Below, in pieces: positions 9,447 through 19,579 of a stretch of DNA of 48,762 bases. A program made the position numbers and the translations under genes. The notes below the pieces were generated by a model. That model made no database searches, had not been told where the DNA came from, and saw only the letters and a list, made by a program, of their open reading frames with translations. Source of the DNA: Actinomycetes bacterium (GTDB lineage: Bacteria > Actinomycetota > Actinomycetes > S36-B12); assembly GCA_965657825.1 (NCBI GenBank), contig CBFHQG010000005.1, forward strand, positions 1 through 48,762. Direction: 5' to 3'. The number at the start of each line of letters is the position of its first letter. The stretch's first letter is position 1.

Positions 9447-11234
9447 TCATTCCTCCAGGCGTGTGGCCAGGGTGAGCCACTCCTCTTCCAACTCTGCGAT
9501 CGCGGCCTCCACCTCTCGCAGCGCCGCGGTATCGGCGAGGAGGCGATCGGCATCGGTGGCGTGCTCGGCCAGGGATGCGTGCAGCGCTTCTGCTTCTGAC
9601 TGACGCTTGGTGATGCGACGCTCGATCGAGGAGATCTGTTTGGTGATCTCGTGGCGCTGGCCACCGGAAAGCTTCGGCTGCGCGGTACTCGCCTTGGGTG
9701 CGTCAGTCGTGACCGCATCCATTGTGGCGCGCACCTTCAGGTATTCCTCGACCCCGCCGGGCAGATCGCGCACCTGACCATCCCCGAGCACCGCGCGATA
9801 GGTCGTGCACACCCGCTCGAGGAAATACCGGTCATGGGACACCACGAGCAGTGTGCCGGCGAAACCATCGAGCAGGTCCTCGAGCGCAGAGAGCGTCTCG
9901 ACATCGAAGTCATTGGTCGGCTCATCGAGCATCAGCACGTTCGGGCCTGACATCAGCACACGGGTCAGCTGCAGCCGCCGTCGTTCACCACCGGAAAGGT
10001 CTCCGATCCGGGTCCACTGCGCACCGCCGGTGAAGCCGAGGCGTTCACACAGCGACGACGCACTGATCTCACCGGCCTTGCCCAGATCTACATAGCGCGC
10101 GACTCGCTCCACCGATTCCAGCACCCGATCATCGGCGGGCAGATCATCGAGACGCTGGGACAGCAGAACGGGCTTGACCGTCGAGCCCGTGCGAATGCGG
10201 CCACCATCGAGTGGGCGCTCACCAAGCAGGGCGTTGAGCAGAGTCGATTTGCCCGCGCCATTCGGACCGAGGACGCCCACCCGGTCACCCGGGCCGATAT
10301 TCCAGGTGACGTTGTCGACGAGCGTGCGGTCACCCACTCGAAGGGTGACGTCTTCCAACTCGAAGACGCGCTTGCCCAATCGGGAGCCGGCGAACTTCAT
10401 CAACTCGATGTCGTCACGCGGCGGAGGTTCGCGGCTGATCAGTTCATTGGCCGCGGCGACTCGGAACTTCGGCTTCGTCGTGCGGGCAGGTGGTCCGCGG
10501 CGCAGCCAGGCCAGTTCCTTGCGCAGCAGATTGGCTCGCCGTGCCTCCTCGGCCTGCGACTGGCGCGCCCGCTCGGCCTTTGCGAGAACGAATGCGGAAT
10601 AGCCGCCCTCATAGGACTCGACTTCTCCGCGCACGACCTCCCATGTGTCGGTGCTCACCTCGTCGAGGAACCACCGGTCGTGGGTGACCACCACATAGGC
10701 CCGATCTCTCAAGCCCTTCAGGTGTGCAGCGAGCCAGGCGACACCTTCGACATCGAGGTGGTTGGTCGGCTCATCCAAGATGATGATGTCGGGGCTTTCG
10801 ACCAGCACGCGGGCAAGTTCGACCCGCTGGCGTTCCCCTCCGGACAGGTTCTCCAGGGTGCGGTTCAGCAGCACGTCGTCATAGCCACCGAGCAGTCCGG
10901 TGAGGATGTCGCGGATCCGGGAATCTGAGGCCCAGGTGTGATCGGGGACATCGCCCACGATGCGTTCGCGGATCGTCACCCCCGGCAGCGGCGGTGGCGC
11001 CTGCCCGACGAACCCGAGGGTCGCATCATTGGCTCGCGTCACTCGGCCGGTTTCGATGTCGCGGGTGCCGGCCAACACACCGAGCAGGGTCGACTTGCCC
11101 CCACCGTTTCGACCCACGACACCGACCCGGTCACCGACATTCAGGCCGAGGGAGACGTGGTCGAGGATCGATTTCTCCCCATAGGTGATGACAGCGTCCT
11201 CGACGTTGATGAGGTTGACCGGTGTCGCTGACAT
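9447..11234 (-). CDS. ABC-F family ATP-binding protein (Uup-like)
   Basis: Two ABC domains (GRNGGGKS/LSGGE/LDEPTNHLD and GPNGAGKS/LSGGE/LDEPTND), no TM segments, C-terminal coiled coil. Confidence 0.92.
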   Translation of the reverse strand: MSATPVNLINVEDAVITYGEKSILDHVSLGLNVGDRVGVVGRNGGGKSTLLGVLAGTRDIETGRVTRANDATLGFVGQAPPPLPGVTIRERIVGDVPDHTWASDSRIRDILTGLLGGYDDVLLNRTLENLSGGERQRVELARVLVESPDIIILDEPTNHLDVEGVAWLAAHLKGLRDRAYVVVTHDRWFLDEVSTDTWEVVRGEVESYEGGYSAFVLAKAERARQSQAEEARRANLLRKELAWLRRGPPARTTKPKFRVAAANELISREPPPRDDIELMKFAGSRLGKRVFELEDVTLRVGDRTLVDNVTWNIGPGDRVGVLGPNGAGKSTLLNALLGERPLDGGRIRTGSTVKPVLLSQRLDDLPADDRVLESVERVARYVDLGKAGEISASSLCERLGFTGGAQWTRIGDLSGGERRRLQLTRVLMSGPNVLMLDEPTNDFDVETLSALEDLLDGFAGTLLVVSHDRYFLERVCTTYRAVLGDGQVRDLPGGVEEYLKVRATMDAVTTDAPKASTAQPKLSGGQRHEITKQISSIERRITKRQSEAEALHASLAEHATDADRLLADTAALREVEAAIAELEEEWLTLATRLEE

Positions 11235-11257
11235 CGCCGCCATCGTAGAATCTCCGT

Positions 11258-11380
11258 GTGAATCGGAATCCCCACTCCCCCTTTCCTCGGTTCAGCGATT
11301 CACCCGACGCTGCACCGGTGACGATGGAGATGGTGTCTGAAGCACTGGCCGACGAGGACGAACTCCCACGATCCGGTTAG
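11258..11380 (+). CDS. Small ORF (40 aa) absent from the ORF track, antitoxin C-terminus-like
   Basis: GTG 6 nt after TAGAAT (11246-11251); MNRNPHSPFPRFSDSPDAAPVTMEMVSEALADEDELPRSG. Confidence 0.45.
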   Translation: MNRNPHSPFPRFSDSPDAAPVTMEMVSEALADEDELPRSG

Positions 11381-11390
11381 GTGACAAACC

Positions 11391-12851
11391 GTGGGGAGGC
11401 CCGATGTTCAGGTTGTGTGGTTCAAGCGTGATCTGCGTGTCCACGATCACCCCGCGTTGACTGCAGCCATCGCTACCGGTTCACCGGTCCTGCCTCTCTA
11501 TGTGATCGAGCCCAGTCTGCTCGCCCATCCGCACACCGCACCCCGCCATACGGAACTGGTGCTCGACGGGCTGGCTGACCTGCGCGAATCCCTCGCGCGA
11601 CTGGGAGCACCGCTGGTGGTGCGCGTCGGCGAGGTCGTCGATGTGCTCGAAGCAATGAACTGCGATGTCGCGATTGCAGCGATCCACTCCCACGAGGAGT
11701 TCGAGATCCTCGCGACCTGGCAACGCGACCGGGCGGTCGCTGATTGGTGTCGGGCACGCGGTGTCACCTACACCGAGCACCGGCAAACCGGAGCGATGCG
11801 CGGATTGCGATCCCGCGACCAGTGGAGCAAGCAGCGCATGGAGTTGTTCAACCAACCGCTGCACCCGGTGCCCACTGCGATCCGTGCCACGCAGGTCGAT
11901 CCGGGCCCGATCCCGACGCTGCGTGACCTCGGGCTCACACCTGAGACGATGGAATACCGCCAGCGCGGAAGTGAGCAAGCAGGTCGCGAAGTGATGCGGT
12001 CCTGGTTGACCGAGCGGGTCGACGGTTATCAGCGCAACCTGTCCAGCCCCAACACCGGGTGGAATGGCTGCTCCCGGTTATCGGTGCACCTGGCACTGGG
12101 CACCGTCAGCCCGCGCGAGGTGCATAAACGGGCCGAACGTCGCCACGGTGAAGCGGGATCACCTCGACTATCCCTCGAAGCGTTCGGCGAACGGTTGGCG
12201 TGGCGGGATCACTTCGCCCAGAAGCTCGAGGATGCCCCGTTCATCGAGCAGCGCGCGATCCATCCCGCCTTCGACGGTCTGCGGCCCGAAACACCGAACC
12301 AGGCCGCCCTCGATGCGTTCACCTCGGGGCAGACCGGATATCCCATGGTGGATGCGGTGCTGCGCTCCTTGAAGGCCACCGGGTGGACGACCTTCCGAAT
12401 GCGGTCGATGGTGACCTCGTTCGCGTCCTATGACCTGTGGCTGCCGTGGCAGACCACTGGGCGGGTACTCGCTCGCTGGTTCACCGACTACGACCCGGGC
12501 ATCCACTGGCCGCAGATCCAGATGCAGTCGGGCGTGACGGGGATGAACGCGCTGCGGATCTATGACCCGGTCAAGCAGCAACTCGACCACGACCCCGACG
12601 GGGTGTTCGTGCGCCGCTGGGTGCCCGAGCTACACGACGTACCCGCTGACCTGTTGGCGACACCGTGGCTTGTCGCACCCGAGCAGCGTCACGGGTATCC
12701 CGATCCGATCGTCGACCACTCTGCTGCTGCGGCACAGGCGAAGCGACGCATCAGTGCGGTGCGCCAACGTATCCGCGGTGACGGCTCAACCCGCGCGCTG
12801 TTGGAGCGGCACGGGTCGCGCCGACCCCCGCCGGAACGACGTCGCCCTTAG
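11391..12851 (+). CDS. Cryptochrome/photolyase family FAD-binding protein
   Basis: VVWFKRDLRVHDHPAL, CSRLSVHLALG, GQTGYPMVDA, FTDYDPGIHW, RIYDPVKQ. Confidence 0.92.
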   Translation: MGRPDVQVVWFKRDLRVHDHPALTAAIATGSPVLPLYVIEPSLLAHPHTAPRHTELVLDGLADLRESLARLGAPLVVRVGEVVDVLEAMNCDVAIAAIHSHEEFEILATWQRDRAVADWCRARGVTYTEHRQTGAMRGLRSRDQWSKQRMELFNQPLHPVPTAIRATQVDPGPIPTLRDLGLTPETMEYRQRGSEQAGREVMRSWLTERVDGYQRNLSSPNTGWNGCSRLSVHLALGTVSPREVHKRAERRHGEAGSPRLSLEAFGERLAWRDHFAQKLEDAPFIEQRAIHPAFDGLRPETPNQAALDAFTSGQTGYPMVDAVLRSLKATGWTTFRMRSMVTSFASYDLWLPWQTTGRVLARWFTDYDPGIHWPQIQMQSGVTGMNALRIYDPVKQQLDHDPDGVFVRRWVPELHDVPADLLATPWLVAPEQRHGYPDPIVDHSAAAAQAKRRISAVRQRIRGDGSTRALLERHGSRRPPPERRRP

Positions 12852-14530
12852 CGGCCGACCCGCTTCATCCGCACCGGCTGATCAATGGTGCCGTCACCAT
12901 CGGTGTCGATACCGAATGCGGGCCGCTGGGTGATCCGCTTCCAGTTGGAGTAATCGAGCACGAGTTGGCCGCCCGCGGGATAGGACACCCGAGTCGCTCG
13001 GAACTTCCGGTCAACCCCTCCTCGGTTGAGTTCCACGGTGACCGTCATCGACCCGCCAGCGGAGTTGCCATCGCCGTAGAAGACTGCCTCACTGCCCGTC
13101 TTCACCGTGATCGTGCGCCCATTGCCGGCGGCAACCTGCTGACCGCCGTACACGATCGAGGTGTAGTGGCGGACTCCTTGCGTGAACACCCGCTCCATCT
13201 TGGGTTTCAACGCGACAGATCCGCCGAAGCCGAACAGGCCGGCCGCATCGAACTCCGCCATGGCATTGGCCCCACCGGGGAAGTTCGCAACCGTCACCTT
13301 CTTGACTCCGTTCACCGACAGATCGGTGATCGTCAGTGGAAAGTTCGGCGCTGAGTCGTCGGTGTCCACCACGTAATAGAAGCCATCACCTGGAGCCACA
13401 TCGATACCGGGAGGGCTGGCTAGCTCTGGATTGCCGCTGTCCACCGACTGCAGCACGGCGAATCGATCGGAGGGTAGCGGCTGACCATCAAGGCCGAGTA
13501 ATCCTAGGTCCATGGATTCCCACGCTGCAGCGGGAACCGGGTTCATCAACACGAGGTTGGTGTTTCGACCACCCTTGCAGACGACGCACTCCTGTGTCGC
13601 CAAGGATTCGGACACTGACTGAAGTTGAATGTTCTTCGTCGTCGCGTTACCAGCCGCGATCGTTGCCGGCGCGTTCGGATTGATCAAAACCTGGTACTCC
13701 CAGGTATCCTCGATCGTGTCGACGTGGATGGCCCGCTCTTTGAACGGGTAGTTATTGTCGTACACCGCGATGGCGTATTGGCCGTTCCCCTTGTCGTAGA
13801 CCGCGTACGGCGTGATGCCGTGTCCTTCGAACTGGCCGGTGTCCGACTGCCACCAGATGCGCAGGATATTCGGCACCTGGCCGGGGGTGGTGAAGTCCTC
13901 GATGAGTTGGGTCACCACCTGCGATGGCGTCAGGTCCGTGAGAGGTGTGTAGTACTGGGTCGCCCAGTTGCGAGCAAGGATGTTCTGGGTGTCGAGTGTC
14001 AACTGTGACTGCGCTGCCAGAGTTGTCGCAGACACCGCACCCGGCTCGATCTGACCGTTGAACAGCGCCGCAGAGGTGATGGCGAAACCGACGCAATGTC
14101 CGACCCCATCGACGGAGTCCATAATCGCCACCGCCTGATATTCCGCGGCCGGCGTCATCACGCAGGATCCGTCGCTTTGCACCGGGCCGGCGCATACCCC
14201 CTCGCCGTACAGGTCGATCATGTAGTTCGAGGTCATCGGCTGCAGTTCATTGTCCGGCGTGCCCCAGAACACCTGGTTGGGCTGCAGACTGCCTGCGTAG
14301 TTCGCGTAGGGGAAACCGTTCGGTAACGGCCGGAGCCCGGAATCCGCCACGACCGTCCCCTGGGGTTCCCAGTCAGGATCGGTCGGGCCGAACCACAGGT
14401 CGTAGAAGTACTCCGTTTCCGGATTATCCGGAATGCTCGGCGGAATGACGGGGCCTACAGCAAGTGCAGGAGCTGCCAAACCCAAAGCCAGGGCAGGGGC
14501 GGACACGAGGGCGATGATCTTCCGGCGCAT
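12848..14530 (-). CDS. Secreted protein, putative Cys-His-Asp (papain-like) hydrolase
   Basis: Signal peptide ending ALA; GHCVG, GHGITPYAV, VYDNNYP; C-terminal DTDGDG. Confidence 0.6.
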   Translation of the reverse strand: MRRKIIALVSAPALALGLAAPALAVGPVIPPSIPDNPETEYFYDLWFGPTDPDWEPQGTVVADSGLRPLPNGFPYANYAGSLQPNQVFWGTPDNELQPMTSNYMIDLYGEGVCAGPVQSDGSCVMTPAAEYQAVAIMDSVDGVGHCVGFAITSAALFNGQIEPGAVSATTLAAQSQLTLDTQNILARNWATQYYTPLTDLTPSQVVTQLIEDFTTPGQVPNILRIWWQSDTGQFEGHGITPYAVYDKGNGQYAIAVYDNNYPFKERAIHVDTIEDTWEYQVLINPNAPATIAAGNATTKNIQLQSVSESLATQECVVCKGGRNTNLVLMNPVPAAAWESMDLGLLGLDGQPLPSDRFAVLQSVDSGNPELASPPGIDVAPGDGFYYVVDTDDSAPNFPLTITDLSVNGVKKVTVANFPGGANAMAEFDAAGLFGFGGSVALKPKMERVFTQGVRHYTSIVYGGQQVAAGNGRTITVKTGSEAVFYGDGNSAGGSMTVTVELNRGGVDRKFRATRVSYPAGGQLVLDYSNWKRITQRPAFGIDTDGDGTIDQPVRMKRVGR

Positions 14531-14585
14531 GGACCGTGTCTAGCAGAGGTGCGGCGTGATTGTCAGGCTGAGCGTCGGGAATTCC

Positions 14586-15452
14586 CTATGCGATGGCGTC
14601 GATCGCCGCGATCGCCTCGGCGTCGAGGGTCACCTCGGCGGCCGCGCAGTTCTCCTCCAGGTGGCTAATGGAGCCGGTGCCCGGGATCGGCAGCATCACC
14701 GGTGATCGCTGCAGCAGCCAGGCGAGGGCGACCTGGGAAGGCAGCACTCCGAGCCGGGCCGCCTGCTGGGCGACGACACCGCCCTCGGCAAGCAGCTCTC
14801 GGTTGCCGAGGGGAAACCACGGGATGAAGCCGATGTTGTGCACGGTGCAGTGAGCGAGCAGCTCCTCGCTCTGGCGCAGCCCCGCGTGATACAGGTTCTG
14901 CACGCTGACGATGTTGAGGGTCTGCTGCGCTGCCTTCAAGTCAGCGACATTGACCTCGGACAGTCCGACGTGGCGGATGAGTCCTTCGTCGACCATCTCG
15001 GCGATCACGCCGAACTGCTCATCGGCGGGCACCTTCGAGTCGATGCGATGCAACTGCCACAGGTCGATGCGATCAACCCCCAATCGACGCAGCGACATCA
15101 TCACGCACTGACGCAGGTATTCCGGGCGACCGACCGGCATCCACTGATCCGGCCCATGCCGGGTCAGGCCGCCCTTGGTGGCGATGACGATGCCGTCATA
15201 GGGATGCAGCGCCTCGCGGATCAGCCGCTCGCTGACCTCCGGGCCATAGGAGTCAGCGGTGTCGATGAAGTCGACGCCGAGTTCGACGGCTTTGCGCAGA
15301 ACCGCACGGGCGTTGTCCAGATCGGCGGGGTCGTCCCAGATGCCAGGGCCGGTGATGCGCATCGCACCGAAACCGAGCCGATGCACGGTGAGTGGATCTG
15401 CGCCATTCGCGTCGAAGGTGAAGGTGCCTGAGGCTGAGATCGGGTTCGTCAC
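14586..15452 (-). CDS. Aldo/keto reductase
   Basis: [39 protein letters not shown]. Confidence 0.92.
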   Translation of the reverse strand: MTNPISASGTFTFDANGADPLTVHRLGFGAMRITGPGIWDDPADLDNARAVLRKAVELGVDFIDTADSYGPEVSERLIREALHPYDGIVIATKGGLTRHGPDQWMPVGRPEYLRQCVMMSLRRLGVDRIDLWQLHRIDSKVPADEQFGVIAEMVDEGLIRHVGLSEVNVADLKAAQQTLNIVSVQNLYHAGLRQSEELLAHCTVHNIGFIPWFPLGNRELLAEGGVVAQQAARLGVLPSQVALAWLLQRSPVMLPIPGTGSISHLEENCAAAEVTLDAEAIAAIDAIA

Positions 15453-15454
15453 AC

Positions 15455-16654
15455 CTACAACCCTACGACGGTGAAGAACTTCCGCTCGAGTTGCTCACCC
15501 TCCTCGGGCGACAGCGCCATGAATTCCTGCGACTGAGCGAGGAGTTCGGGGGTCGGGAAGATCCACGGATCGTCCACGAGTTTGGGGGCGACCTGCTCCA
15601 TGGCCTCCTGCGCTCCCTGCACGGGGCACACATACTGCACATACTGTGCGACCCGGGCAGCGATCAACGGCTCATAGTAGAAGTTCATCAGTCGTTCAGC
15701 ATTGGCCTTGTGGCGAGCGCGTGCCGGAATAAGCATGTTGTCCGCCCAGATCATGCCGCCGGAGTCAGGCATCGCGAAGTCGAAGTCCCCGCCGAGCGCG
15801 AGGACGTCCCCGGACCAGCCGATCGAGGCGATGACATCGCCGTTGTCGAGAGCGGCAAGGTAATCATTCCCCGCTACCTGCCGGATGAATCCGCTGTCGA
15901 TGTACCCCTGGAGCACCGACAGGGTCTCGTCGAACTGCTCGGTGGTGAAGTCGTCCATCTGGTAACCCTGCCAGTTCAACAGCAGACCCATCGTGTCGCG
16001 CATCTCCGACAGGATCGCCACCCGACCTTCGAGCCTGGGGTCGAAGAACTGGTCGAAGGACGTGATCGAGTCGAAACCGGCATCACGTTGAAGCAGGGGG
16101 CCGTTCCACCCGAATCCCGTGAAACCCGATTGCCAGGGCAGCGAGTACTCCCGATTCGGATCGAAGGGCGGGTCAGCCAGACCGGGGATGACGTTCACCG
16201 CGTTGGGGATCAACTCCTTGTTCAGCTTCTGCGCGTACCCCAGGGCGATCCACAGTTCCACGCCCTCCTCAGTGAGGACGACGATGTCGCGCCCGATGTC
16301 CTGACCCTGCTCGAGCGGTAGGCGCACCTTGGCGTAGAACTCCGCGCTGTCGTTGATGTCCTCGGTGTAGACGACGTCGATCCCGGTCTCGGCGGTGAAA
16401 TCCTCCAGCGTCGTGGTGGGTCTGTTCTTCCGCGAGATGTCGATGTATGCCGGCCAGTTGGAGAAATTGACAACCGGTTCCGAATCGGAGAAATCGGTGG
16501 GCTCCGGCGAAGGTTCCGGGGTAGCCGATCCGCTTCCTGTCGCAGTAGGTGACGGCGTGGGATCGGACCCTCCACCGATCCCACAGGCACTAGCGGTAAC
16601 TGCTGCGGCCCCCACAACTCCAGTCCCTAGGACTTTCCGCCTGCTCCACCGCAT
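15455..16654 (-). CDS. Polyamine ABC transporter substrate-binding lipoprotein (PotD/PotF-like, Tat)
   Basis: SRRKVL Tat motif plus ASAC lipobox; [27 protein letters not shown]; RBS GGGAGGA; no permease genes adjacent. Confidence 0.85.
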   Translation of the reverse strand: MRWSRRKVLGTGVVGAAAVTASACGIGGGSDPTPSPTATGSGSATPEPSPEPTDFSDSEPVVNFSNWPAYIDISRKNRPTTTLEDFTAETGIDVVYTEDINDSAEFYAKVRLPLEQGQDIGRDIVVLTEEGVELWIALGYAQKLNKELIPNAVNVIPGLADPPFDPNREYSLPWQSGFTGFGWNGPLLQRDAGFDSITSFDQFFDPRLEGRVAILSEMRDTMGLLLNWQGYQMDDFTTEQFDETLSVLQGYIDSGFIRQVAGNDYLAALDNGDVIASIGWSGDVLALGGDFDFAMPDSGGMIWADNMLIPARARHKANAERLMNFYYEPLIAARVAQYVQYVCPVQGAQEAMEQVAPKLVDDPWIFPTPELLAQSQEFMALSPEEGEQLERKFFTVVGL

Positions 16655-16695
16655 GATTCCTCCCACTGTGCGCTCGACCTGCTTCCTCATTCACC

Positions 16696-17841
16696 CTAAC
16701 CAGAAACCGGATTAGAGTCCTTGGAGTCGGGAATTTTCGATGCGAACGCGACCGATACGACACCCATGACGGCAAGCCAGACACCAAGAGTGATCATGGC
16801 GACGGTGAATCCCAATGTGGCGATGACAACGCCGATGAGAACACCGCTCAGCAGGATGCCGCCATCGAAGGTAATGTTCCAGGCCGTCGATACGACACCG
16901 AAGCGAGCAGGTTCGACCAAGGCCAGCATCCCGGTCAACGCGGCGGTGCCACCAGCACCGATCGATGCGCCGAGGATCGCTGACATGGCGATGTCGACGG
17001 TGTCCGATGTCACGACACCCAGGGTCACGATCGCCGCAGCGCCCATAAACGTCGCGGGAATGAGCACCCGCGACATCGAGCTACGATCAACTAGACGCCC
17101 ACCGGTGGAGCGGCCGAGGACGTAACCGAGGCCGACGGCGATGAGTGCGAGCGGGGCAACCGCAGACTCCAGAGGCAGGAAGGTGTACAGGGCGCCGTAG
17201 ACGATCGCCGACGGCAGGAACACCAGGACCGGTAGGAAGGTCCACAGCGGGACCCGGTCACGGGTGCCGGTCGAGAGATGACGCCGCTGCGAGATGGGAG
17301 TCGGTGAGGCCCGGAAAATCGGGACGAGTACTGCCAGTCCGATCAACGGGATGATCGCGCCGAGCGTGAGCGGAATCGCTCGCGCAGTGTTCTCCAGCAG
17401 CCACAGGCCGACACCCGGTGTGACGACCCCGGACAGTGAGGTGACCAGACCGAGGTACCCCTGTGCGGCACCCTGGCGGGTCGGCTCGGCGTAGTGAGCG
17501 GCGAGGGACACCGACACGATGGTGAGCAGGCCGAACCCGATCCCCCGGATCGCGGTGACAAGCAAGAACAACCAGGCTGGGAGATCCAACAGGTAGGTGA
17601 TCGCGGGCACGCCGAGCAGGAGCAGTGACGCCGCGAACAGCACGCCCGGCTGGATTCGAGCGAGCAGTGTCGGCACGAAAACCTGGGTGAGAACAGTAGT
17701 GACCATGAAGGCCGTCGTCGCCAGCCCGGCACCTACGGCACCGAGGGTCTGGGATCCGATCACAGGCAGAACCGCGAACAGGATGAACATCCCGGTGAAG
17801 CCCGGCCCGGATGCGAGCAGGACAGCGCGGGCCGGGGTCAC
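16696..17841 (-). CDS. MFS transporter
   Basis: About 12 TM segments, RGIGFG, GGRLVDR, STAWNITFDGG. Confidence 0.85.
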   Translation of the reverse strand: MTPARAVLLASGPGFTGMFILFAVLPVIGSQTLGAVGAGLATTAFMVTTVLTQVFVPTLLARIQPGVLFAASLLLLGVPAITYLLDLPAWLFLLVTAIRGIGFGLLTIVSVSLAAHYAEPTRQGAAQGYLGLVTSLSGVVTPGVGLWLLENTARAIPLTLGAIIPLIGLAVLVPIFRASPTPISQRRHLSTGTRDRVPLWTFLPVLVFLPSAIVYGALYTFLPLESAVAPLALIAVGLGYVLGRSTGGRLVDRSSMSRVLIPATFMGAAAIVTLGVVTSDTVDIAMSAILGASIGAGGTAALTGMLALVEPARFGVVSTAWNITFDGGILLSGVLIGVVIATLGFTVAMITLGVWLAVMGVVSVAFASKIPDSKDSNPVSG

Positions 17842-18938
17842 GCGCTCATTGTGGACCCTGACTCAGTGATCTCCGGCAGCGGGAGTTCTGCACGCAGGCA
17901 AGCACCACCCAGCGGGGATTTCTCCCAGCGCCAGGTGCCGTTCAGGGTGCGACACCACGTATCCAGCAGTGTGCTGCCGAGGCCCGGAGCGGGATCGGTC
18001 GGTAGCCCGGCTCCATCGTCACCCACACGAATACGCAGGCGGTCAGTCACCTCAAGATCTATACGACACTGCTGTGCATTGCCATGCGATGCCGCATTGA
18101 GCAGGGCCTGCTCCACGATGCGATAGGCGCCCAGCCGAAGGTCGCGATCCTTCGGCACCTGACCGTTGATGCTGACCTCTACCGTCATGCTTGGCGACCA
18201 CATGTCAGCGAGTTCCTCCAGCGATGTCTGCATGTCCACATCGCGCAGGTTCGGGCTCAACGACCGCACGGCGCGGCGCAGATCGAGCGCGCGCAGTTGC
18301 TCGAGTTGGCGAATCACCTCACCAATCGCCCGCTGCTGCTCCTCGACCGATTCGTCGGCCGACCGTGCCGTCTGCAATCGCAGGCACGCCGAGACGAGCC
18401 CGGCCTGCACCTGATCGTGCAGCACGATCGCCACCTGCTGGCGCACGGCCTCATCGGCTTTCAATAACGCCATCTGCTGCTGCTGCAACGCAGCGGCGGC
18501 CTCGGTGGCACGGGCGTTCTCACGTCGAAGGCGATCCTGCGCACTGCCGAGGATCCCCTGGATCACGATCAAGGCCAGGACCGACATGATCGCCGCCGAT
18601 GTGAAGCTGATACGCAAATCAGGGTTTCCCGGCAGCACACCGCCGATGAGTCGGATAGTCGACGCGGAGAGGGACGTGACAACGAAGACAGCGACATATC
18701 CGCTGCGCAAAGCCACTATTCCGCTCGCCCAGCGGCGGGCTGACGCCAGAATCAGCCAGCCGACAAGTGTGACTGCCGCACCGCTGAGGATTGCGGGTCC
18801 TTGCTCGACCCACGGTGCATCTTTCAATCCCAACCCGACAGTGAAGAGCCCGACGATGCCTGCGACTGGTAGCGGCTGCAGCGGCCAGGGGCCGAAGAAC
18901 CGCCACCACGGTTCACGTGCCATCGTCGGCGTCGTCAT
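17838..18938 (-). CDS. Membrane sensor histidine kinase (HisKA_3 type)
   Basis: N-terminal TM segments; LHDQVQ H-box, YRIVEQALLNAASHG, DDGAG, GLG. Confidence 0.88.
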   Translation of the reverse strand: MTTPTMAREPWWRFFGPWPLQPLPVAGIVGLFTVGLGLKDAPWVEQGPAILSGAAVTLVGWLILASARRWASGIVALRSGYVAVFVVTSLSASTIRLIGGVLPGNPDLRISFTSAAIMSVLALIVIQGILGSAQDRLRRENARATEAAAALQQQQMALLKADEAVRQQVAIVLHDQVQAGLVSACLRLQTARSADESVEEQQRAIGEVIRQLEQLRALDLRRAVRSLSPNLRDVDMQTSLEELADMWSPSMTVEVSINGQVPKDRDLRLGAYRIVEQALLNAASHGNAQQCRIDLEVTDRLRIRVGDDGAGLPTDPAPGLGSTLLDTWCRTLNGTWRWEKSPLGGACLRAELPLPEITESGSTMSA

Positions 18939-19575
18939 CGCGGATCAGATCGTGGTAGACCAGGATCGCCTTCGTGCGCAGGTCTATCTCTTCCCTGGCC
19001 TCGGGCACCAGCACGCGGTAGGCCTTCGACAGGTCCTGGCGCACCGTCTCCGGTGTCACCGCCAACCGACGGGCGATCTCGGTAGCTTTGATCCCCGATG
19101 CGGTCATTCCCATCACGGCACGCTGCCGCATCGTCAGAATCTGCAGGGGGGATTCGGTATCGGTGTTCCCCTCGATGCCGAAACTGCGACCTTGAGCGGT
19201 GCCCCGAACAACCTCGACGATCTCCTCGATCGGCATCTCTCCGGATTTGGGTAGCGCCGACCAACCGAACAGCACCTCAGGTGGAACGCTGCGTGCCACG
19301 GTGTCGAGGCGATACTGCGAATGGATCACGATGCCGATGTTCTCGTTCAACCGACGCATCGCCAAGCCGAGGTCGATGCCGTTCATCTCATCGTTACCCA
19401 GGGCCAGATCCAGCAGAGCGACATCAGCCGATTCGACGAGGCCGCGATGCAAGGCGGCACCGGGGGTGTCGGCGTGCAGGAGCAGCTCGATGTCGGGGTG
19501 CTTGTCGAGCAGCCGAGCGAGGATCCCCCGCAGCGCGGGGTCGTTCTCGACATAGATCAAGCGGGTCGGCCGCAC
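18913..19575 (-). CDS. NarL/LuxR-type response regulator
   Basis: YVEND, LLDLAL, PKS; C-terminal HTH (LTMRQRAV...EIARRLAVTPETVR); GTG start after AGGAG. Confidence 0.88.
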   Translation of the reverse strand: MRPTRLIYVENDPALRGILARLLDKHPDIELLLHADTPGAALHRGLVESADVALLDLALGNDEMNGIDLGLAMRRLNENIGIVIHSQYRLDTVARSVPPEVLFGWSALPKSGEMPIEEIVEVVRGTAQGRSFGIEGNTDTESPLQILTMRQRAVMGMTASGIKATEIARRLAVTPETVRQDLSKAYRVLVPEAREEIDLRTKAILVYHDLIRDDDADDGT

Positions 19576-19579
19576 GCTC

